Assembly (NCBI GenBank): GCA_000091205.1
Contig: AP006499.2
DNA from: Cyanidioschyzon merolae
Lineage: Eukaryota
Direction: 5' to 3' (one strand)
DNA: 64,000 nucleotides
In this document: in pieces, positions 51,131 to 60,900 of the stretch
Layout of the letters: every line of letters begins with the position of its first letter
Numbering within the stretch: the stretch's first letter is position 1
The notes under the pieces: generated by a model
What the model saw: only the letters and a program-made list of their open reading frames with translations
Told to the model about the DNA's origin: nothing
The model's database searches: none
Position numbers and translations under genes: made by a program

Positions 51131-51985
51131 TCACGGGCAGGCACTCGGCGCCCGATAGCACGTCTGAAACACCATTACATCCGAGAAGAAGTATGGGTTA
51201 TGAAACTTGGACGTAAGGCGTGGAATGACGAAAGTTCCACCGCGCGCAGGCATCAAGCGCACAGAGTCGCGGCACGCTCGCCTGTGTGAGAAGTTTTCAC
51301 ATGGAACAAAATCCGCTGCATTTGCTGTTGCCGCTGATTTTTCTCCAATGACAAAACGTTTACATTGTACTTGGATTCCAGATAGCGAGATGGATGGGTA
51401 TAGCTGATCGAAAAAGTGTCCATCATGATGCACTCTACCTCCATGCTCCGTTCCTTATACTTCCTTTCGGATGTACAGATCGTTTTGTGCGTTCTGTAGT
51501 GCGACCGAGTGCCTGCTTTGGGCACCCGCCTTAGCGCCTATACCACTGGGACGGATGCATCATGGAGATAGAACAGCGTTGCCATACCACTGAGGGCGAC
51601 GGATCGAGGAACGCTTTACCTGATACAGCGTTGGAGTCCAGAATAATTCTGGGAGCCTGTAGGCTAAACAGACAGAACTTTTGGCTGCGAAAGCACGAAC
51701 CGATATACTAGGAGTCTACTGCGATCTGGGCGACGACCAAACACAGCATCCCGCATCTAGTCCCAGAATGAACCGCGTTGCGGACGAGCTGCTCAGGTCT
51801 CGCCACAGCGCCCGCTACTGGGGGGAGCACGAAGCACGAGTCCGGGAGACTCGTCCGGCTCGCGGGACTTTTCGCCTAGAGGGAGGATTCTTCAGAATAT
51901 GGAAACCTTTTCCGCCTTTTCAAAGTTTATCGTAGAAGGGGAAAGAAATTGCCGTATCGTTGCTCGCTAGTCGTGAGTCTCTTTT
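51131..51985 (+). repeat. Copy D of the non-coding dispersed repeat family (the most complete copy). It lies immediately upstream of the TnpB/Fanzor-like reading frame.
   Basis: It contains the 5' module 'ggcaggcactcggcgcccgatagc...catccgagaagaagtatgggttatgaaacttgga'. Further blocks are 'atgacaaaacgtttacattg', 'ggatgtacagatcgtttt', 'cattctgggagcctgtaggctaaacagacag', 'tagtcccagaatgaaccgcgttgcggacgagctgctcaggtctcgccacagc' and 'ggaaaccttttccgcc'. It ends about 225 bp before the first in-frame codon of the Fanzor-like frame (52211). Confidence 0.7.
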
Positions 51986-52210
51986 CTTTGTTCAACATAG
52001 CGCAGTCGATTTGCGCACCAGGGAGATCTGTCAGTTTCGAGTCACGACGCGTATGCTGCCGTTGAAGGGAAACGCGATCCTGATCAATAGCGTGCTGCTC
52101 TAATGTGCAAGTTGTACTTGCGTTAAAGACGTGGCAAAGTACAGTTCTTCAGTTCATTTGTGTTTCAAACCTCAAACAAGTGTATTCAACTGTTTTTTCG
52201 CAGTATATAA

Positions 52211-53776
52211 CTGAAGCGTTCAAAGTCCGTTACAAAAAATAAAGAAGGAAAGTCATGGAAAACCAAGTCGACGATCCTGGAGGCCCAGTGTGGCTGGCCG
52301 CCAGAAAAAAAACAAAAAAATAGTGCCGAGTCCAGAAGAAAGCGAAGTGAAAAAGAAGCATTAGGGGAGGCTCTACGTCGAAGGCAGCAAGAAAGACGTC
52401 TGTACAACGAGATGGCGGTGAAAGCCTGTCTTCGTAAACATACCAAGGATCCGTACAAGGAAAAGTTGCGAGGCGCTATCAGAAACCGTGTCGAGTTCTA
52501 ATCCATGAGTATTATAAAGGCGTCATCAGTACGAATGCATTTGGTGTCGGAGATGTACGGAGACGTGACGCACATGGAAACAGTCGAGGTTCCGGATGCG
52601 TTTTCCGACAAGACTTCTATTCGTCACCTGATGCTTGGTACAGGGGAATCGTCGACGAAAAAAGAGCTAGTCCATGCCTTCCACGAAAACTTTGCAGATT
52701 TCCGCTTCGAGGGTACTCGATACAAGGGTGACGGAAGTATTTACACATACGGGGCGATGAAGTACATCACGAACCTGAGGAACCATTTGACTATGAACCC
52801 GGAGCGTTTCATGATACGCACCGTCTTTGCGCTGTACCCGGGACTGTCTCGCAAAGGAGTATGGGCGATTATCAATGGGATCACGAACGATCGCAAGCAT
52901 GAAGATGACAAGGAGGCGGATCTCGCGACGAAGAAAGTGCAGGATAACGACTCTGTCGTTCACGCGGACCCTGGGAATACGAATATCATAACCATCGCAG
53001 CACCCAAGCGTGGGGAAGATGGTACTGACGGTACCTTGCGTCAGAAAGATATGTGTCTTTTGAGGTTCTCGAGAGCAAGATACTATCGAGAATCCGTTAT
53101 AATGAATGCGAGAAAGAAAATCGACACATGGAATGCAGGAATGAAGGATCACCTGGAAGCTTTGAGGGAGGTGACGAGCCACGGGGCGGACTTTACAGCT
53201 TCTCGGAAATTCATGGAAGTTCGTGTTGCTCATTGGGATGCGCTGTAGAAAGAATATACAAAGCCCCGGCGGGCTCGTTTGCGTATGAATTTGTATTGTG
53301 GGAGGCAGCGTGCATTCGCAATCTTTTTCAATGAGTTGCGTGCCCTGAAGGAGGACGAGCGTCAAAGTCTCGTAGTAGCATACGGAGCAGGGCGCTGGAA
53401 GACCCAAAAAGGATGTACACCAGCTCCAACGACAAGAACGTACAAGGAGTGCGCACGGCGTTTTGTTACGGTGCCTGGAGATGAGTTCCGAACATCGTAT
53501 GTGCATCATGAACTGTGATGTACGCTTCAGAGAGTGGAGATGGAAAAGTGCCAGAGGAGCCCTGAGGATATAAAAAAGTACGGAGCGCTGACAGATGAGC
53601 AAATGGAAAGGAGGGCGAAAGTTCGAGGATTGCTTGCATTAGTAAGTACAACCAGTGATGGCAAGAAACGTATGGAATTCGTGAATCGTGACTTTAATGC
53701 CGCCGTCAATATAAGGAGATATGCGGTGCTGGAGAATAGACCTCCAAAGAAGACACAACAGGACTTAATTGGATAA
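52211..53776 (+). pseudogene. TnpB/Fanzor-like (OrfB_IS605-type RuvC RNA-guided nuclease family) gene, about 520 codons in one frame. It is interrupted by three in-frame stops: TAA at 52498, TAG at 53246 and TGA at 53516. It is probably a decaying element gene, though I cannot exclude very short introns.
   Basis: All three ORF-track segments (52505-53248, 53279-53518, 53534-53776) and an upstream segment (52211-52497, '...KRSEKEALGEALRRRQQERRLYNEMAVKACLRKHTKDPYKEKLRGAIRNRVEF') lie in the same frame. Motifs: RuvC-I-like 'VVHADPGNTNIITIAAP' (compare GIDxGxxN); RuvC-II region 'LVVAYGAGRW...YKECARRFVTVPGDEFRTSYVHHEL' (compare IvxEdL...YKA...V.VdE.yTSk.C); RuvC-III 'MEFVNRDFNAAVNIRRYAV' (compare D-x-N-A-A-x-N-I). 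The zinc-finger region is degenerate. Confidence 0.6.
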
Positions 53777-54140
53777 TCACTCAAGGTGGAATTATATGAG
53801 ACAATATTGGAAGCGGTAGTAGGTGGCCGGTCCAAAAAACTAAGAGGCGTCTGCACGTCAGCTGAAGATGTCTAGTCTAGGGCGGGTCACTCGCCGCTAT
53901 TGTACACGGCCGCTGGTGGCAACGTTTTTCGTTTGAAAGGCGTTTGCTGTCTGTCGATCGAAGCCACCATAGGCTCACACCTAACTAGAAGCCCCGGTTT
54001 GAAACTGCATAGGCAGCGTATAGAGATCCAAATCGTCGACAAGCCACTTCTTCTCAATGCTCGCGAGCGAGCAGTTGCAAGTATTTGGAGGACACACTCG
54101 CTCGAACTAACGCACCTGTCACTGCGAGCGGTTCCACATC

Positions 54141-55748
54141 ATGGTTGTTGTAGCGCACTTACTCTACGTGACGGTTTCCGTGCACGCAACTTTAGACGAG
54201 ATTCTTAGCGGTTGGGGTCGGAACTTAAAATGCGTCCTAGATCGGAGGCGCCCTGGCCTCGCAGGGCCTAGAGACACCCGGCCTCGACCAAGGTCAGGCG
54301 GGCACGTTCTTGACGCATTATTCGCACGCAAGCTTCCTTTTCCACCCAAGGACTCGTTTGATGGGTGGTGCACGGCGCCACTTCAGACGATGGCTTCGCT
54401 ACCTTCTCCGTGGCCCATCGTGGCGATAAAGAAGCGTCGGCGAATCGTCTTTGCAGGGTTCTCGGTGACGCGGGCAGTTTTCAAAAGGATAACTGAGTCG
54501 TTTCAGCAGCGCTGGCTGGCGAAAACCGGAGAAGATGTCGACTTCGGTCTGAGTTTTGCGGGATCTGGTATTCAGTCACGGGCCATTCGGGACGGTCTTC
54601 CAGCGCATGTATGCTGCTTGGCGCTCGTGGATGATATCGAAAAGCTCGCACGCGGGGGCTTCATTGACCAGGCGTGGCGGATGCGAACCCCCTACAACGG
54701 TATTGTTGCCCGCTCGCTGACGGTGGCTGGATACCGTCCTCAGTTGGACGCATCTCCGTCGACGGATAAGATATGCGAGTGCTTCTACGATATTTTGGCG
54801 AAGAATCTTGCAGTCATTACAGCGAATCCGAAATCAGCGGGAGCTGCACGGTGGAATTTTTTAGGGTTGTGGTCCGCGGCGCGCTCCGGAACTATGCGCT
54901 TCGAACCGACATTTATTCAGAATGCGCTGCAAGCGAGGGACTCGACAAAGAACGCGATCCTCCATCGAATGCTCGAGACGGAGAATGACTGGATTGCTTT
55001 GGCCTTTCTCAGAGAGGTGTATCTCCGGGCTCCGGTGCTCCCGCGGGACGGACGCGATGCCACCGATGTCTTTCTGCGCCAGGAGCTGGGTGACGTGCTA
55101 ATAACGTACGAGAATGAGGCCATTTTGGCTCAGATGCGGGGTCTTCCCCTCGCGTACAGCATACCATCAGCGGAAGCCAACTGTCTCATTGAGTTCCCCA
55201 TCAGCGTAGTGGACCGGAACGCAGACCGCGAGAAAGTTCGGGATGTCGCTGATGCTTTTGTGGAATATTGTTTCAGCGACGAAGCACAACAGATTTTTGC
55301 TGACTACGGATTTCGCCCGGTTTCTGAGCGAGTGTTTCAACAAGTTCGGGAAAGATTTCCATCCCCCAGTATTTTAGAGACTGTAGATGAACACTATGGT
55401 GGATGGAGTGCCGTCATGCAGAAATTTTTCGTCACCGGGGCAGTCTTCGATATTCTTTTAGAGCAGGTATCACTTGAGCTCTTGCGTAGAAGGAGAAGTC
55501 AGAGGCGATGGATCTTCGGTGGCAGGCGCGGCCGAGGTGCACAGCAGGGCAACATTCCACACCACAAGCACGCGAACCTGGTCATGGACTCTGACGAATC
55601 CGAGCAAAGCACCAACTATGCATCAATGCAAATCCCGAGAACGAATCTCGTCGTCGTCGAATACGAGCAGCAGCAGCAGCAGCAGCGTCTATGTCGAGAC
55701 GGGATATCTGACGAGCGTTGCATACGCGCGGCTTCTTGGCTGCAGTAA
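54141..55748 (+). CDS. sbp: Sulfate/thiosulfate-binding protein (Sbp/CysP-type periplasmic-binding protein) homolog. It has an N-terminal extension, possibly a targeting peptide, and a low-complexity poly-Gln C-terminal extension.
   Basis: 'VDFGLSFAGSGIQSRAIRDGLPAHVCCLALVDDIEKLARGGFIDQAWRMRTPYNGIVARS' and 'ITANPKSAGAARWNFLGLWSAA' match the E. coli Sbp blocks 'IRQSHGGSGKQARSVIDGL.ADVVTLALAYDVDAI..RG.ID.NW...LP.NSAPYTSTIVF' and '[22 protein letters not shown]'. The C-terminal about 100 aa are Arg/Gln-rich, and 'EYEQQQQQQRL' is encoded by (CAG)6. Confidence 0.8.
   Translation: MVVVAHLLYVTVSVHATLDEILSGWGRNLKCVLDRRRPGLAGPRDTRPRPRSGGHVLDALFARKLPFPPKDSFDGWCTAPLQTMASLPSPWPIVAIKKRRRIVFAGFSVTRAVFKRITESFQQRWLAKTGEDVDFGLSFAGSGIQSRAIRDGLPAHVCCLALVDDIEKLARGGFIDQAWRMRTPYNGIVARSLTVAGYRPQLDASPSTDKICECFYDILAKNLAVITANPKSAGAARWNFLGLWSAARSGTMRFEPTFIQNALQARDSTKNAILHRMLETENDWIALAFLREVYLRAPVLPRDGRDATDVFLRQELGDVLITYENEAILAQMRGLPLAYSIPSAEANCLIEFPISVVDRNADREKVRDVADAFVEYCFSDEAQQIFADYGFRPVSERVFQQVRERFPSPSILETVDEHYGGWSAVMQKFFVTGAVFDILLEQVSLELLRRRRSQRRWIFGGRRGRGAQQGNIPHHKHANLVMDSDESEQSTNYASMQIPRTNLVVVEYEQQQQQQRLCRDGISDERCIRAASWLQ
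55668..55685 (+). repeat. (CAG)6 microsatellite encoding poly-Gln inside the Sbp C-terminal extension.
   Basis: Read directly: 'gagcagcagcagcagcagcagcg'. Confidence 0.9.
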
Positions 55749-55831
55749 GCCGACGACGACGAACAGATACTGATTGCACGTATCCAACGAATAGGTCGCA
55801 GACGGTCCAACTGCTCGCTACGCAACCAGCT

Positions 55832-57838
55832 TCAATGTTTGCGTGTTGCGCTGCTTTTGGCGAGAAGCGCGTTGATAGCGCCGTAAAACTGTTTGGAAGC
55901 ATTCAAGTTGAGATCACGCGGAACGCAGACTCGTTGGCGAATATGCTCGAGAGCGCCCCTTGCAACAGGATCCGACACAGGAGGTGTGCCTTCAACGGTT
56001 CCGTGAATCAGCACCTGTGCAACACTGCAAAGCGCTACCTCAATGCTATCCGCATCCGGCGCGTTGTCTCGGCAATGCTTCCGCATATCGTTGACGATGC
56101 GAGAGAAATTACGAATGATCGCAGCTGCTGCCTCGAGTCGAGATTCACGGACAGTCGCGGGGCAGGTGCTCTCTGAGCTGTACTCGACCCAGGGTGTGCG
56201 TTCAGCTTCGTGCAGCACTTGCTCTTGGACGCGAGTAGCCTCTGCAGACTCGGAGCGCGCGGTGGTGCATCGTCCTATTTGCGGAGGTAGGTTCAGAACC
56301 GTTGAATACGCGTTTGCTTTCAAGTACGAGGGCCGCTCCTCGATTGCCTGAAACCATGCCTCTAATCGCGGCCAGCGAGCATTTCCTCGGATCTCTATTC
56401 CCTTCCAAAACGGTATGCTGTACTCGATACGCTCCAGAAAAGGAGCAATCGCACAGTCAACGAGGCCGGGTCCATGCTCGTTCCCCTCAGCGAGCACAGA
56501 GAGAAAAGGGAACCGCGGTGATTCACGAAGCGCGTACTCCACAGCATCCATTGTTTGCAAAAACTGCTCACGGAGGCGATCTGACAGGAACGTGGACCCT
56601 GTCAGATAACGAAGCCAGTCGGAGAAGAGCCGGCGCTCCAGCCTCAAAAGCTCCGTTTTGCGACGTGTTTCGGCTGGGGAGCGGGCGTAGGCGGCTGGAT
56701 ATTGGCTGAACATTGGATGCTCTTCAAAAAATTCCATAATATCCATCGACTCGGTGAGCAGGGCACCGGACGGCTGAAGTTTCACCGCTGGCAAGAGTCC
56801 GCTTGGGACCATGTCTAGGTACCATCGCGGTTTGGGGTTCTCCTCCGTCTCGTAACAGCGCATTGGTATATGGACAGTACGATAGGGAATCTTTCGTTCT
56901 TCCAAATAAAACTGGACTCGCTGGCAGTACGGACACCATAGCGCGGGGTCCCGGTACAGAACGACGGGAACCTCGTCATCACCGAGCCCCGAGTCGAAGA
57001 CCCGACAGACTTCCTCGAAAGAGAAGTGAACGAGTCGCTTCGCTTGCCTTCGGTCAGGTTGCAGGATCCCTTGTGGAACCTTTTGGGCAAGTTTCAAAAG
57101 ACGCTCAGCCAGAACGCTACGGGCCAGTGTGTCGCTCATCTTCACTGCAGCGGACCTGTTGCACTGCGCTACCTCACGTGGTGAACGACGGACTCCAAAC
57201 AGTTTAGATAGAGCGCCGTTTCCGAGACCCTCACAGCTCAATGAAAACAGTACCTGCATCGAAAGCTGGTCCGTTGCTCGTCTAAAAACCCGTATTTCAC
57301 CCAGTTTCCGCAGAGATACAGTGAACGTTTTAGAGATTTTGCTGTTCAAGCCACGCGCACAAAACTGGATGCTTTGCGTTGCCAAGGCACCTGATCGAGA
57401 ATGAACGCTTGTCCATGCCATGTCATTTGATCCATATTTGAGTCTACGAATGCCCAAGCAGGGACATGCAATATATCGGGTACAGTTGTCTTTCCTGTAG
57501 GCTGTACAGAGAGTCAAGTGGCGACTGTCGGAAGGTGTACACTTGTCGAGTTTCGACCAACACGCTCTCTCGAGAGCAAGCGACGTGTTTCTCGAGGCGC
57601 GGGTAGAAGTTTCCCGATAAAGAGTGCGCCGGTTTGATTGCATCGGGTCTCCGACGTTCTCACAGACGTGGCCTGAAGGAGTGTGCTGCTGCTTTATCGG
57701 TCGCCCTGGATTGTTGCACAGCCGCGACTCTGAAACACAACCCCTGGACAAGCGATCGCCAATGAGACGTGAGCCAAACAGGTTAAAATATTCCTCCCTT
57801 TTCGTCGACTTGCGAAGACGAGAAACTAATGGGAGCAA
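55832..57838 (-). CDS. Grx2-like glutaredoxin / GST-fold protein with long N- and C-terminal extensions (668 aa).
   Basis: 'VPVVLYRDPALWCPYCQRVQFYLEERKIPYRTVHIPM...DMVPSGLLPAVKLQPSGALLTESMDIMEFFEE' carries a CPYC active site in a thioredoxin-fold N-domain. It aligns with E. coli Grx2 'LYIYDHCPYCLKARMIFGLKNIPVELHVL...VPILQKDDSRYMPESMDIVHYVD'. A helical GST-C-like region follows. Confidence 0.55.
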   Translation of the reverse strand: MLPLVSRLRKSTKREEYFNLFGSRLIGDRLSRGCVSESRLCNNPGRPIKQQHTPSGHVCENVGDPMQSNRRTLYRETSTRASRNTSLALERACWSKLDKCTPSDSRHLTLCTAYRKDNCTRYIACPCLGIRRLKYGSNDMAWTSVHSRSGALATQSIQFCARGLNSKISKTFTVSLRKLGEIRVFRRATDQLSMQVLFSLSCEGLGNGALSKLFGVRRSPREVAQCNRSAAVKMSDTLARSVLAERLLKLAQKVPQGILQPDRRQAKRLVHFSFEEVCRVFDSGLGDDEVPVVLYRDPALWCPYCQRVQFYLEERKIPYRTVHIPMRCYETEENPKPRWYLDMVPSGLLPAVKLQPSGALLTESMDIMEFFEEHPMFSQYPAAYARSPAETRRKTELLRLERRLFSDWLRYLTGSTFLSDRLREQFLQTMDAVEYALRESPRFPFLSVLAEGNEHGPGLVDCAIAPFLERIEYSIPFWKGIEIRGNARWPRLEAWFQAIEERPSYLKANAYSTVLNLPPQIGRCTTARSESAEATRVQEQVLHEAERTPWVEYSSESTCPATVRESRLEAAAAIIRNFSRIVNDMRKHCRDNAPDADSIEVALCSVAQVLIHGTVEGTPPVSDPVARGALEHIRQRVCVPRDLNLNASKQFYGAINALLAKSSATRKH

Positions 57839-57999
57839 AGAAGCACCAAGTCCATAACTTCCTCTTTCTATATATCAGGATGATTACGAGTCCATCAGAG
57901 GCTCCAGCACGCCATCCGTACGGGGCTCTGAAGCCACGGAAACCGGGACCCCGAGACCAGTCGCTACTGTGGTCATGCCTGATGCGGGATATGTATCCA

Positions 58000-60900
58000 T
58001 TAAGCCTCGGCCTCAGGATACTGCGCGGCAAGAATAGACACCAGTTGCTGTGCGGCCGAGAGAGCCAGAGCGAAATCCGATTGAGCTTGTACGGAGATGC
58101 TCCGGCTGGTGAAGCGCTGTATCGCTGAACACTGAGCCCGAATTGCTTGCTCATGTTTCCGCAACGAGTTCACCGGGATCTTGCATAGACACTGCAGCAC
58201 ACGCGTAATCGTCGCCCAGGTGATGCCGCGGACCAGTTGAAGTGGCTCATGCTCGCGGGCAGTTCCCGGGGATTCTCTCCGACGGGCGTTTGTGCGAAGC
58301 GGCTGAGGAAGCAAGCGCGACATCGTAGCCCAGATCTTATCAGTGCGACTGCTTGCGAACCACGGCACGAGAATGAACGCGAGCTCGATCACATCACATG
58401 CAGCTATGCGCACATCCGCACGAGTTTGGAGCATGCAGCGCGGCACGTGATCGAGAACCCTGGCTACCATGGGCAGGAGCAACCTCTGGTTCGACGCGAG
58501 GCTCTCTAACAAGCCGTGCAGGAGCTGCAAGGCGGCGCGGCGGAGCTCTGGGCTCTGCCTCTCAGTGGCAGCGAGTGCAGCGCTCCCGACACTTTCGACG
58601 ACCTGTGCGAGACGGAGCAACGAGGGATCCTCTTCGACGTCATCTGCATCGGCGCGGTGCTCGCTGTCGCTCCGCAAGCATGGGTGTCGACCGAGCACTG
58701 CGCAAACCGTGTCCAGCAGTTCCAGGTTACGCAATGCACGCTCCTCAGACAGAAACGCGATGCCGCGACCGATATCCACCAGCTCATCCGAGACAAGTAC
58801 GAGAGACTCTGGCCCCGCGATCGAAAAGAAAAACCGTCTCGCCGATTCAGTTGATACAACTCGAATGAGGAAACTCAACTGCGCCCGAACCAGAGACTCG
58901 ACGCTGGCGAAGCCGGCGGCAGTTGCAAGAACCTGCAACGTTTGTGATGCCGCCGTCGCCAGGGCATTCGTGTCAGCAGCACTGCCGGAACCAGGTTCGA
59001 GTTCAGAATCTGCGGCAAGCGACGCATTCCGAGGGATCTTATCTTCTACAGGGGCAGTCATTTGGCTAGCTGAGGTTGCAACGGGCAAACTGACTGAGGC
59101 TACAAAAGCCATATACTTGTGCAAACAGCGACGCCGGAAATCCACAACGTCTCGCGCTGCCCAAGCAGCATATACCCGTATGCCCCGAAGGATCTGGATG
59201 AGAGTCGCGGGATCGTGTCGAGATTCCTCGCCGATTTCCAGATAGACAGAGAGAAGGTCGTCGCCATTCGATCGATTGGACACAGCCTGGCTTGCGTCCG
59301 GATGCTCTCGGGAAAGCGACCCCTGTAATAGGTTGTTAGCGAACGACAGCAGACTTTGTAAATGCTGGGCTTGGGCATCGCTTTTCCGACTATCAAGACG
59401 GCCGAGCATAGGGTCCAGAAGCGGGTCCATGGCTCCCGCATAGCCCAGCAACTGAACCAGATCACAGCGTTCCCCAGGGAAGAGGCGAGCGTTTGGCGGA
59501 GCGCCCTCGCTAGCGGCTTCCAGGATCCAAACCCCTGGGCTAGCAGGGCCCGCACGTGCATCACTGTCATGAATAGCTAGCAGAAGATCGAGGATATTCC
59601 TGCGCTCGTAGAGATACTGAACAAGGCGCGGCAGCGCAGACGCTCTTTGACACTGTCCCAGGTACACGAGAAGGCCAGCAGCGCACCTCATTCGCCTGCG
59701 ATGCCAAGGACGCTCCGGGTCGTCGGAGAATTCCCCCAAATCCTCGCCGATCCCGTCTAGCGCTCTTTCCGCTAATACGCTATCATAGAGCGCTTCGATA
59801 AATCGCAGTGCACGGGCAGCGAGCACAGCAACCTGGTGATGTTCGCTCGTGAGATATAGCGCCAGGTTTGCAAACAGCATTGGCACGTCATCTGCAAACG
59901 CATCCTGCATCCGAATGGATTCGAGCACTACAGTGCAAAGATACACACCAGCCGCCTGCACCAACGCCGACGGATGATGGTGCAGGGAGAACGCATTGCA
60001 GTTTTCGACGAGAATCCGATTGAGAAGCGCTTGCAATTTTGGAGCTACAGCGTGAATCCAGTGCTTTGTGTCCGCTTTGGAAGGCACCGGGGAAGCGTGC
60101 TCGGGAGAGACGATGCCCACTGCGGACTTGGTTTGTTGCCAGTTGCATCCGCTGGTGACTGACGCTGGCGCCGTCATCGATCCAGTTACCTCTGTTCCTA
60201 GAGAAGGTTCCAGTGCACGTGCGAACAGGGTCCCAAAGCATGTAGCAGCCTCTGCAATAACCAGCGCTCTTGTTTGGGCATCGCCTGCAATGACCGAGCA
60301 CAAACCCGAACTGATACCAGGTAAGCATTGGCGCAACTCGTCTTGAGGCAAGAATGCAATAAATCTGTGCAAGAGGCGAATGGCGCTGCTTCGCTGCTGC
60401 CATTGTGCTCTGGAACGAGACAGCTCCAAAAGGAACAAGAGAATACAAGAGATGGCACCGCGGCCTGCACGCTTCAAAGCCTCGGATAGAACTGCACACG
60501 GAAAACAATGTCTGCAGCCGGCCGTGAGCCTGCGCTGCGCACGAGGACCACCCTTGAGGCACGTCGCTTCCTTGAAAGCAGCATTCGCCTCCGCCGCTTC
60601 TCGTATAACTGGGCAGGCATTCTGCTTCGGCTCTAGTTTGCGTTGATTGTCGTGAGCAACGGCCCAGAGGCGGTCTACATGGCTGCTCTGTCCATTGGAA
60701 TCAGAGGCATGTTGCATCGAGTCATTGTTGGGAGGAGATGGATTCCGCGTTCGAACTACAGTATCCGGTATGAGCACGCCTCCCGCATTATCATGCTGCT
60801 CTGGCAGGTCCAGCTGCGCCAGACGCTTTGGTTCACCGGAAGCATCCCCTACATGAGAGTGAATCTGGCTTGCAAGCGGGCTGCTCAAATCGTCATCGAG

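Noticed and set aside
52498-53518. Possibility that the in-frame stops in the Fanzor-like gene reflect a variant genetic code, selenocysteine or programmed readthrough.
   Set aside because: All three stop types (TAA, TAG, TGA) occur once each, while the neighbouring host genes use these stops normally. Decay or very short introns are the more parsimonious explanations.
52667-53602. 311-aa ORF on the minus strand.
   Set aside because: It is entirely antisense to the Fanzor-like frame. Its sequence is low-complexity (L/R/C-rich) with no motifs. This is typical of antisense ORFs in a GC-biased coding region.
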